Positions 11,413 to 23,347 of a DNA stretch of 51,582 nucleotides are shown here, piece after piece. The notes beneath the pieces were generated by a model. The model had not been told where the DNA came from. It did not search any database and saw only the letters and a list, made by a program, of their open reading frames with translations. The translations under genes were made by a program, and so were the position numbers. The number at the start of each line of letters is the position of its first letter. Position 1 is the stretch's first letter. This stretch comes from Elsinoe ampelina. Its lineage: Eukaryota. The stretch is taken from contig ML992514.1 of the NCBI GenBank assembly GCA_010093995.1, positions 283,437 to 335,018 of the forward strand, read 5' to 3'.

Positions 11413-11991
11413 GTCGGATGCTCAGCTTGATCGCATGTTCGAGGGGTGACCGCGGGTATAGTCTTGGATGATTGAATCGCCAGAGACACGAGGTTTGGAC
11501 GCTTTTCCAGTACGAGATCGAGGGCAGATAGCGGTCTCACTTCACACGCGTGGTGGATCACAGTCAGACAACAACTTTTACTCTTACGACTCGAGTCGGA
11601 CAGGAAGTTGGCCCTGATCGACCGGAGATTAAACTTTGAGCCGCATCGCGAATTCCGGAAACATCCTTGGCATTGTTGCAGATCCCACGGGCACGCGAGC
11701 TCCCCCTGTCCTTTGAGCGATCATATCTAGGGTCGCGGTATAGATCCGATCTCATCTTCGATGCGTTTCAAGATTGAAACTGCATGGCATATGCGAGATG
11801 ATCTCGTCGATCACACTCACGGTCAACGACATTATGCATAACAGCAACGACAAAGATCCATTCGTCTGCTAAGAAGGCACCTTTCCCCTGCTTCCAGAGC
11901 TATCAAAACGTCCGAATGTTGAAAGTAATCGGTATGAACAAGAAGTTGTCTACTTTTTGACACTCAATGCCAGCCTTACCACCTCTCCTAC

Positions 11992-12730
<739 letters not shown>

Positions 12731-13030
12731 GATGTATGAGATGACTGATGCTGAGGCAGTGAAGAAGGAAGAAAATGGTGGTTGCAGTGTCTGAACAGTG
12801 TTGCGGACCACCCTTGATATACCTTTGCCATGGCTGAGCCATACTGCTCAATGCAATGGCAATTGAGCCTGAACATAATCTTGGTGAAGACCCGCATTCT
12901 ACTTCCCAAGTTCACTCCGGGACAGATGCATGGATGTTGGAAATGGGGAGCAGATTCGACCTATCGAATACTGTGGTAGGACTTTGTGTACGTCTAGAAC
13001 ACAGGGCATCCTCAGTAGGACGAGGGATCC

Positions 13031-13037
13031 GGCTAAA
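13031..13037 (+). promoter_or_regulatory. Putative XlnR/Xyr1 binding site (GGCTAAA) upstream of the xylanase
   Basis: GGCTAAA lies about 300 bp upstream of the GH11 ATG. A second GGCTAA is on the minus strand at 13507-13512, and a CreA-type GCGGGG is at 13210-13215. These motifs are short and can occur by chance. Confidence 0.55.
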
Positions 13038-14715
13038 CGTAGATGAAACATGAAACTCTTGAAAAGGACCGCGATATGACCGAGATGTGAAAATAATGAA
13101 GGAAGTGACAGAGTCCCGCAAGGTTCATCTCGGTTCATCGTGGGAATTGGGAGGTGGACTTGGCTGAGCTTGGCGCCCACATAAGCACACGATTGCATAC
13201 CTTGGCGCCGCGGGGGTGCATATTTAGCTCGTGGTCGAATATAGCCGGTTAGGTCGCTCACCGGGAATGTGTTGTCGTTTTATCCTCGGTCAACTTCATT
13301 GGTCGCACGCAAGGGAGGCTACAACCTCATGTGATGGTCACAGCCTGGTCCACCGCCGGTCTTTGCCACATGGTGCGGGCTATGGCCGTCCCCGTCGCCG
13401 GCGTCGTTCGCCAAGTTGTAGTGCTAGGGGACCTGTCGGATCAAGCAATGCTGATCATTAGGCGATCGTTCTTGGATCAAGTGTACGAGGTCAAGTGCAT
13501 CTCTGCTTAGCCTAAGAGAAGTACTTTCTTGAGGGGCAGTCGTATTCGAGCCTGTATTGTTGGTCCCACGGGAATCCGTCATTCAAGGACTCCTCTGGGC
13601 CTCGAACGAGGCAATCACTGGCGACGAGTGATCGAAGAGACAGACGGCTGATGCATATCAGACCGAGGCACGCGAGGCGGAGCATGCAGCTTGGTCGTCC
13701 AGTGGCGAGATAGAGTGCACCAGTGACAGGCAGAACTACCAGAATTGTGCCTTGCCGACCTGTCTCTGGAAAAAGATGCAGGTCCCCTGGCGTGTGTTTG
13801 TAAGCTGCTGTCAATGGGGTGATAGCTGATGCTCCTGGCTGCGTAGTAGCATTGTGGGTGAACTAGTCAAGTCTGGTTTTCAAGGGGAGCTCTTGGATGG
13901 ACTAGGTGATGATACGTGAAACAAGAGACAGACGGGCTCGGTTGAAGATGCAAAAGAACCCTCTTACACATCCAGCACAGTGATAAGGGTGACATAATTG
14001 TGCAAAGGCACTGAGCTTGATTGGACCAATCCAACAGTTGCATGGCTGCCGCTTTGCGTCCTTGGGCCGACCACAGACTTTCTGTTGCTGAAGGTGACAT
14101 GGATGTGGTGATGAGCAAGTCGGACAAGCCCTGGAGACGAAAACTCCTAGAGGACTTTCCCATTGGCTGGCCGTGACTCTCATTGCGTCAAGCGGCTGAA
14201 GCCCTCATCGCGAAATTTCCACGCTAGCGACGCGCCATAGATTCACTCGCGGTTTCCCGTGTAAGCGCCGGGGAGCGACAGCAACGCCACAAGGATAGCA
14301 CATCAGATAATTGAAAAGCACACAATGATGGGGTGATGGTATGACATACAGTCAGCTATCTGATACAAGAAAAAGACCCAAAACGCCTCGATGCACCATT
14401 ACCGCTCGGAAACAAAAATTGGCGTCAATTTACGCGTGAAGGACACGTGAGGCTGAAGATTCGCTTCGCCTTCAGCTCCACTCAGAGAAAATTCAAAGGT
14501 CCGTGTTAGTCGTCAAAATTCTGCCAATGAACAGTGCAGCGAATGGTGGGGTCTCAAACAAAACGATCGACGAATGTAAAAGTGACGTTCGTTCCAAAAT
14601 CGTGGCTGAAATATGTTTCAGCCGTGCAAGTGTCGTTCCAATTGCTTGGATGTAAATCAAGTTCATAAGCGCCAGTGAGGTGCTCTCAAGCCGTGGTGAT
14701 GAGGTCAATGACTCT

Positions 14716-15908
14716 TCAAGAGACAAGCTCACCACCAAGATCCATACCTAGACCAGTCTCCTTACGGCGATTCATGCTTGGACTGGTGGTCGGCGGTAGA
14801 AGTGTGTCGAAATTGAGCCGCCGACGAGCAGAGCTGACGGCGAGAGGCGTCTTAGCTGTGGCTGGTGTCTTTGGCCATTGAGCTTGTGCCGGGCTAGGAG
14901 TGACATTGCAGAAGTCTGCAAAGTTGAAATTGTTGGAGGGCGTGTTGGGGAACCCGAACAGGTTGGTGTTACCTGGAGTGTTCATGATGGAGGATGGCAG
15001 AGGTGTGGTCTTTGTGGGCGGCGTGGATGGAGCAAGGATTTGTGCCCTCTTTCCAGTAACTGCCGGTGTAGGAGATGTAGCCAGGAACATTAGAAGATCT
15101 GCACCCTCCTCGCCAGTCCTGGGAGTTCTTGACCAGGAGACGTTGGACTCCTTATTGACCAAACGACGCTGAGGTGGTGGAGTTCGAGGAGGCGAAGACG
15201 CGATCATGGACTGCTGGAGGGTGAAGGAGTGTACTGGAAGGTCGGTGTCGTCGTCCTCGGACAGCTCTGGTGAAAGGGGATTATCAGGGATAGTGGATGT
15301 CTCAGATATGAAGGAAAGCTTTGAAATGTGACCGGGATTGGCAAAGTTGACATGACGGCTGCTGAACAGTGGTGATGACTGTGGCAGTTGATGTGATCGT
15401 TTCCAAGAGCTGACTGTGTTTGCATTGCGTGACTTTCTCCCTGTCCTTGAGCTGGATGCTGGGTATACAGTTTTTCCACCTCCTCCTCCTGTGCGGAGCC
15501 GCTTGACATTTCTGCCACCACTGCGATCGAAATCGTCCGAGAACATTGGCAGAGTGATTGGTGATGATTGAAGACCTCGTACCGAACTGTGATCACCGGA
15601 TATGCTGGAGGAAGAGTCGGAAATTGTGTCGGTGCTGGAAGCCGGTCTCTTCTTGTTCAGCTCTTGATTCAGGCGGGGCTCGATAGTGTCGAGACTGAGA
15701 TTTTCCCAGCCGTGCTTGCATTTGACATTGGCGAGTGCTAGACTGCTTTGAAGAGCTCTGGTCATCTATCACATGTCTGTCAGCTCCAAAAGTCTTGTGG
15801 TTGGGGACAGCAGAATGGCATTGTCCAGTGTCTTACCTTGCTGACCTGGGCTCTTCGAAGCACTCGGCTGGCGAGCTCATCTGGCTGCTCGGTAGCCATG
15901 CTTGACAT
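14716..15908 (-). CDS. Whi5/Nrm1/Stb1-like G1/S transcriptional co-repressor; intron 15766-15836; 5' end uncertain
   Basis: GTB-like motif LALANVKCKHGWENLSLDTIE, Stb1-like EGADLLMFLATSP and many S/T-P CDK sites. Confidence 0.75.
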
Positions 15909-16991
15909 ATCCTCGCTTGTAATTGATAGACTGCTAGGTTGAGTACATGTAAGCGCCTTTGTCGAGAGAAAGTGAAATGGCAGGCAAGGACGCAAGGTAC
16001 AGGAGGTGGTCGTACTAGAGGATCAGATTGAAGCGTGCAAGACAAGCCGAAGGGCCATTCTAAAGGTTGCCGTGGATTCGGTAACGCTAATCGATTTCGG
16101 GCCAAAAGCGCAAATGGCCCGCAGCCAACCACTAGACAGCCCTCTCGTGCCTGGAAATCAGACAGCATTCCAACTTGCTTCCCCTCAGATCGACGATGAA
16201 CTGAAGATCGTCCATCCGTCGCAGTCTTTGTGCGATATCAGTTTCAGGAAGTCTTTGACTCGCGCTTCAGACATGTCTGTTCTCTGCGACGTTCTTTGAT
16301 TTCTCCCACCATGACTTTCTTGCTGCGTCAGGGGATTGGAAGCTCTCAACGGCCTTTGACAGGCCGAATCCTGACTGAATCCACAGCCGCAGGGGATGCA
16401 TGCACTTCCCACCCGCTCCAACAGATGACGGCATCTCCTCATTTCGCAAATCGCTAGGCCTGTGCGAAGAGGGCAGACAGCCACGTCTGCGAATGGAGCA
16501 CCTGTCGACAGCGAAATGAGGGAAACGAAGACGCCACATCCAGTCAATCACTGGATTGGAAGATTCTGCCAAGAGCTGACTGCCGCTAATCACAGGCTTC
16601 CGGAAATGCGCCCGCATGAAGCCGTGGTCAGCTATTTGACTATCGTCTCTCTACGACATTCTGGACTATAATCCAAGTCAGAAGCGAATCATACGCACGG
16701 TAGGTCTGATTGTGCTCAATACTGTCAGCTGTTCCAATATGATGTCTACCCGCATTACAGCACGGTAGATTGACCTTACCGTCGATGAGTACCATCTCGG
16801 AGAGATCTAATGTCCGAAGGGATAGCAACACGAGCTCTTGGCCAGCATGAGGCATAGAAAAGGGTGATGCTGCAAGTGAATTTTCGAGAAATCAAATCAC
16901 TGTTACTCTCATTGTCTCTACCTCGCCATTCACACTGGTTTCTCGTTCAACTCAACCGCCGGCGCTGACAGGTATAGACTGCGGCCTTATC

Positions 16992-18057
16992 ATGCCTCTG
17001 TCCTACTCACCTTCGACCGCACCACGAACGCCACTTCCACCAGGGGTGACCAGAGAGTTCATCAACTCGCCACAGGGACCACTTGAGCTTCTCTCAGCCA
17101 TCCCGTCATCCTCAAAGAACAAGACCCCTCTTTTCTTCAATCATGGCGGGTTCGGATGCGCCGCTGTCTGGCTCGAATGGATGACCTTTTTGTCTGCAGT
17201 ACCACACAACATACCCTGTTATGCACTATCGTACAGGGGTCATGGAGCCAGTTGGAAGCCAGGGTACCTTCGAATGACATTTGGCACCACCAAACGCATG
17301 CTTGCCGATGACATTGTCACTGGCGTGAAGCATGTGGAGAGCCTCCTCCGACAGCAGGGCAACCCCGGCACCAAGGTGGTCTTGGTGGCTCACTCGAACG
17401 GTGGGGGCTTGTGCCAGCTTGCGTTGAACGACGGAGACATACAGGTCAAAGCTCTTGCACTTATCGATGCCACACCTCCATTTGGGCTGTACGTATCATA
17501 CCACTCACTTGGAGTCTCGCACTGACCTCAGCAGCCTCGGCGTGTATATCAACTGGTTCAGAGCAGATCCATGGTTCCCCATACGAATATACTGGCATCT
17601 TTTCCACGCAAGATCACCGCTCTCATCGACAGCTTTGGTGAAGAATGCTTTCTTCTGCGATGAATACCCAATAGAAAAGATTCCGGCCCTGGAGAAGCTC
17701 ATGGCACCTTATGAGAGCATGTTGTGGCCTAGCTCGATGTTTTGGCGGTTTATCAGCATCAGGAAGGTGCTAGGGAACGTCAATGTTGCAGTCGGCCGAC
17801 CATCAGTGCTCGTCATGGCTGCAGAGAAGAGTCGTCTGATGGACCCTGCAATGATGAGAAGAGCGGCTGATGAGTATGCTATGGGTATCAGAGACGTACT
17901 TCTTGAGGAAGACAAGGAGGTGTCGGCCAGTCAAGTTGCTCAGACTGTCTCGTATGAGCTGATCAGGGGAGCGGGTCATCATCTGCAGAACGACCTCCAG
18001 TGGAGAGATGGAGCTGAGAAAATGGCAAAGTTCTACAAGGAGACGACAGCAGCATAG
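16992..18057 (+). CDS. Alpha/beta hydrolase; intron 17489-17531 or 17534 (tandem CAGCAG acceptor)
   Basis: HGGFG oxyanion motif, SYRGHGAS, nucleophile AHSNGG and C-terminal GAGHHLQND. Confidence 0.85.
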
Positions 18058-18673
18058 TATGTAGTCACTGGGGAATTCTCGTGAAACTACCAGAGCATTG
18101 AAATTGAAATACTCGTCATGCCGCAGTGGGCCCGAGTGCTACTGTAGTGATGACGGGAGTGCGGCTGATTTTCCCGCCGCCCACAAAAACTCAAAGCATC
18201 CTTAGCGCCGCCTCATGTGCCAAGTTTCGGGTTGATGCAATGATTCGCATGCTGCATGATCGATCGTCACTTCATCGGGGCTCGCTCCAGGTCCAACAAA
18301 ATGCTGAACATGTGCTATTGAAAGGCGTGTCCCGCTTCGTCCAGCCGGATTTGCCTCGCGTTTCTCCTTGTTCGCGCAGCCAGTAGCAGTTGTCTCATCG
18401 TTGGCCGGCTTCAGCCATTCAATTGAGCTTGCTGAAGCTTGGTATTCGCGTCGTTGGCTCTTGCTCTTATCGCCGGGTGCTACAGGTTGGAGCTTGCGCT
18501 GCAGATCAAGTGTCACAGTCTACATGGTCCCGCTCATTCCCTGTCAGTGTCAGAGCAGACCAAGGCACATGCTCCTTTGACACCTTACTTTCCACATCTT
18601 CATTGCCAGCCCAATGCTTTAATCAACAAATTTACCTGCATCGTATACCAACCGATATTCCTGAGCTGGCATT

Positions 18674-21182
18674 ATGCCTTCATTCTTCTCGGACCTGCGA
18701 CGCCGATCTCGCGCGAGCTTCAAAGGCGACTCAAACGCCGACTCGGCTTCTAGCGGAGGCTCGAATGATGGCCATCCAGATGCCCCTAGGAGGAAGATGT
18801 CCATATCCAATCTGAGCAATCCCTTCAAGTTGTCCCCCGATCAGAATATACCGCGGAACAGATCGAGTGGAAACCTTTCGGGCAGTCAGAATGGAAACAG
18901 AACCCCGCCTTCGTCAAAGACGCCTCCACTTGGGAACGGGGTGGAACGGCGCCCGACCATTACTTCGTCGCAAGGCAGTCGCTATAGCATTGTCGTACGT
19001 ATAATCCTCACCTAGCGCAGCATGGACACGCTGACAGACCTTCAGGGTTCTCCGCCAATCAACGGGTCACCTCGGACAGTGCCATACACCTCCCCCCTTG
19101 CGCCGGTAGTCAATTCCATATCAGACGGATCATGGGTAGGGACAGATACGAAAAAATTGTATGCGCAGCTTCTGACTGTACGTCTAGGTCCATCAAAAGG
19201 TCCTCCTCATATCCGGTACCCTCGCAGAGAGCGACAAACCCCTCGATGGTAATGTCGTCATCTGTCACCACCAGGACAGCTTCCCTCCGACCCAGTGGCC
19301 TGTCAGCGACTGTCACTTTAAAGCTCTGGTCCATCTTGTACCCGGCCCCAACCGATTACGGCTCGACTTCTTTCCCACGCGCAGACCATCGCAAGGGCAG
19401 AATATACCTCATTCATCATGGATCAACATTAATTACCTGCCATTGGCGTCTGCTCCTCCATTACATCTCGCCATATTGGTCGCGAGGGATTCGCCCTTGA
19501 CGTTTGATGCGGTACCAGACCGTATAAGAACAGAAGGAAATGGACTTGATACAGCGATACGGAAGTTCCGCATGTCAGGATACCTCTGGCAGGCATTCAC
19601 AGGCGAGCAGATGAATCGCTTTGGCTTTGGCCGAAGATGTTTCCGCTTCGACGAGGAATGGCAACACGGGACTACGAGTAGCCGAGACGCAGGCAACAAG
19701 ACATTCAGAAACGAGGCAAAAGTCCACGTTGTTCGACTCGACCAGACTGTGGCCGAGATCCAGGACATCAAGCGCGCTCAACAACATGGTCCCGCCGAAG
19801 CCAAAGCAGATCTCTTCGACATTGCTGTGAATGCCTGCAAGAAGTACTTCAACTTCAAAGACGGGCAGAAGCAGTACGTTTCGGCAATGTTCCTCGACTC
19901 GCGGTGGGACAAACAAGTCGGTACTATTCGAGGACACGCAGCGTTGGGTGGGGGCGCTGGAGGCATGGGAATGGCCATCTTCGGATCGCATGCCCTACAA
20001 TCATACCCTGCACACATTGAAGAGGTGGTACCTGCATTTACCGACTGCACACGGACCGACACCGAGCATGTAGCAAACGACTGCAATGAGTCAGGCAGCA
20101 ACTGGGAGGCCTGCAATATTGGCGTAGGAGCCCATCTTCACGAGACAGGTCATCTCTTTGGCTGCCCACATCATGAGCACGGAGTCATGCTTCGCGACTA
20201 CGTCCGTCTGAACAGGACATTTACCTCCACAGAACCCTATTGCGTGCGGACAAAATCGCAAGGTCTCAAGCTTGTACAAACGACGGACGAATGCAATTGG
20301 CATCGACTGGACGTGCTGCGCTTCCGCTACCATCCTTGCTTCTCACTACCTACGGATCAGCCCATGCCAGCCGAAGACGGAGTTCAGATTTGGGCAGTCG
20401 ACAACGGAGCTGCGGTCATAACATCTTCGAACGGAATTGCCTGGATCGAGCTTCGAGTCGAGAACGAAGACCTCTGTCACAGCTGGATCGAATACGTCGA
20501 TGCAACAGGAAATCCAGCCTCAGCACCGAGACAGATCACGGTCACCGAACAAGACCTTCGAAGTCGGATGAAAGAGAATGTAAAGAACAAGAAGCTGGAG
20601 GTCAAGGTCTTCTCGTGCGGTGGTGGAGACCATGAAGTCAAGGATTTTGGACAACTAGTGAGCAAGACTAGCAAACTGAAACTGCCTGATGGGCGGGCGG
20701 CTTACCGGGGTGCAAAACTGGGCTTCAGCGGTATGGATGGGAGCAAGCCGCAGGAAGTACTCTGGCAGTCTTCCTACATACAGACAAAGCTCCTCACCCA
20801 CGTCCGCGCTTGGGCCGGCTTTGCTCTGGACGGCGTCGAATTCTTCTACGAGGACGGAGAGTCTCAATTGCTGGGCAAGAGAGGTGGCAGTCCACAAGAC
20901 TTTCCTCTTGACACTCGGCGTGGCGAGTCCATCATCGGCTTCTACGTCCGTGCTGGCGCCTGGGTTGATGGCATCCAAATCTTGACGAGCTTGGGGAGAA
21001 AGAGTGATATTTACGGAAACAGGAATGGAGGTAGCGGGTGAGCAGCACCTACCACAGTCTGACGAATTTGCGCTAACAGTGACAGATACACATTAATACC
21101 GCCACGAGGTTACACTGCAGTCGGTGTCTACGGTAGCGTCGGCGACTGGATGGATTCTTTTGGATTGGTCATCTCGAGATGA
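18674..21182 (+). CDS. Zinc metallopeptidase with C-terminal jacalin-like lectin domain (YIL108W-like); exons 18674-18994, 19046-19135, 19188-21037, 21086-21182
   Basis: HETGHLFGCPH zinc-binding motif, GHAALGG, and jacalin-like GESIIGFYVRAGAWVDGIQI. All exon phases checked. Confidence 0.88.
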
Positions 21183-21606
21183 ACAAGTTATACACGTACA
21201 GAGTAGCATACACAACGAGTCAACAGACCCTGAGGAAACAGGATAGGGAAGAGTGTCGGACTTTCACAGCGCTTTGGATCGGGGTCGTGCTCCCTCATTG
21301 GTTGAGCTGGAGTTGTATAGAAGACATACCGGATGGGCGACCTAGATAGGGTATGCCGAATGTGAATTGAGTACATGAATTGCATCTGCATAGGTATACA
21401 CTGTGTCCATTCATGTAATACCATAGCTCTCCGAATTGAGCACGCCGGTAGCGGCCCAAAGCACCCCGGTATCGGAGAGCGGTCGACTACAGATTTCTTG
21501 ACATCGACAGGGCGTCGACACAATTCCTTATATCTCTGAGAGAAATTGCGCCCATTGATCCCCTCCCCCGCTTCCGTTCCACACCTCCACCATCCCACCC
21601 GCCACC

Positions 21607-22423
21607 ATGCCAGCCATACTCGACGACCCCACCGCCCCCGCCATCTACCGCGTCTCGGGCCCCACCCCCTACCCAATCCCCGACACCCCTCTCCCCCCCT
21701 CGCTCGTTCCCCTCCACCTCCCCCTCCGCGACGGCACAACCTCAACCCTCATCCCCTTCGCCACCGCCGGTCCCGTCCCAAACGGCCTGATGACCCGCCT
21801 GCAAACCATGCTCAACGCCGAGATCACCGCGGGGGACACGCTCGCCACGACCACCACCATGGACGTCTCCAAGTTCTCGACGTACTGGTTCGCCAACTTT
21901 GCCGCCGTGATGGTGGCCGGGGAACTGGATCTCAGCGCGGGTTTGGAGGGGGTGTACGGGCAGCTTGCGCAGATGGAGAGGGTGAACGGGGGGAGGTGGG
22001 AGGAGACGTGTTTGGGCACGTTTTATGTCAAGCCGAATTATCCCGGGCGGAGTAGTCATGTGTGCAACGCGGGGTTTTTGGTGAGTGAAGGGGCGAGGGG
22101 GAAGGGGGTCGGCAGGGTTATGGGGGAGACGTATGTCACGTGGGGGGCGGAGTTGGTGAGTTGATTTCTTTCATTTGGGAGGGGGATTGAAGGGTGCTGA
22201 TGGGGGGTAGGGGTATACTTATTCGATTTTCAACTTGGTGTATGAGACGAATGTGGCGAGTTTAAGGATTTGGGATGCGCTTGGGTTTGACAGGGTTGGG
22301 AGGGTGCCTGGAGCGGGGAATCTGCGCTCGTATCCGGATAGGCCGATTGATGCGATTCAGATTGGAAGGCGGCTTGGTAATACTGATAAGCCAGTGGCGG
22401 GGGCGTTCAAGGAGGAGAAGTGA
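21607..22423 (+). CDS. GNAT N-acetyltransferase, Spt10-N-terminal/Mpr1 type; intron 22156-22210
   Basis: FYVKPNYPGRSSHVCNAGF, acetyl-CoA motif RGKGVG, and spliced LGYTYSIFNLVYETNVAS...WDALGF. Confidence 0.88.
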
Positions 22424-23347
22424 AAAACGCTATTCATGCTTGCCAGGCGAAATCCAAAACCAGCGTGCTTAAGAAGGTAAGCTGAGAACGGAGAAGAGGC
22501 TGGCCACGCGAGGAGCAGGGTCAGTAACGATTCTACCGGATGCCTGGATGCCTGGAGCTAGACCCGACGACGACCTCAGCCGACGCAGAAATGAGGCAAA
22601 AATGAAGGGCGCATGCTCGGAATCGAAGATCGACGTTGTGACGACGGGGATCGGGGCCCAAAGCATTGGGCTAGAACATGCGTGGGACCACGGTGTCGGA
22701 GAAAGGAACACTTCAGCTACAGAGGCGTTCATCTCACGGCTTCATTTGGGAGAAACACGGGCAAAGAATACATATGTACCTCACTCGGGGCCGCAAATCG
22801 AGTTGCACATATTCATGGGACAAGACCACTCAGAGGTCGCTGAGCTGCGCGGTATACTGGCTCGACATCGAATCGCCACTGGGGAAATTGACCACAAAGT
22901 ACTGTGCCCACCATCCACCGAACTGGTCCAAATCATATGTAAGCAGAGGAGAGGACATGGGAATGCGACCAAGGTCTAGCCCGGGGTAAGTAAGCCGAGC
23001 ATTCCTGACCAGATTTGTTGTTGACGCTCAGCAGACAGGACGATCATCACCCGCTCTGCGTCCAACCGTACAGGTTGGACTCAGAGTGGCCACTCCCTGC
23101 TGCGACATTGTTCATCGAGGATGCTGCCCCATAGTCCTGGAATATAGGAGAACGACATGCATTAAAAACTAGCTACCAAAACTCAATGCGCGAATCGAAG
23201 CCCCTGCCAATCTATACTCAACACCATGCTCTCCCAACCTTACACCACATCCCGGCCCAGCTCCGGCACCAATCTACGCCTAACTACATCCCTCCCCCCC
23301 TCCCCTCCCTTCTAATCCTCCCCTCCTTCTCCGTCCACTGAATACCC

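Noticed and set aside
18439..18753. Signal-peptide-like ORF upstream of the metallopeptidase
   Set aside because: Starts at TTG, overlaps the real start out of frame, and has no other support.
22548..22979. 143-aa ORF downstream of the GNAT gene
   Set aside because: No recognisable motifs, no convincing splice link to the GNAT, and not zinc-domain-like.
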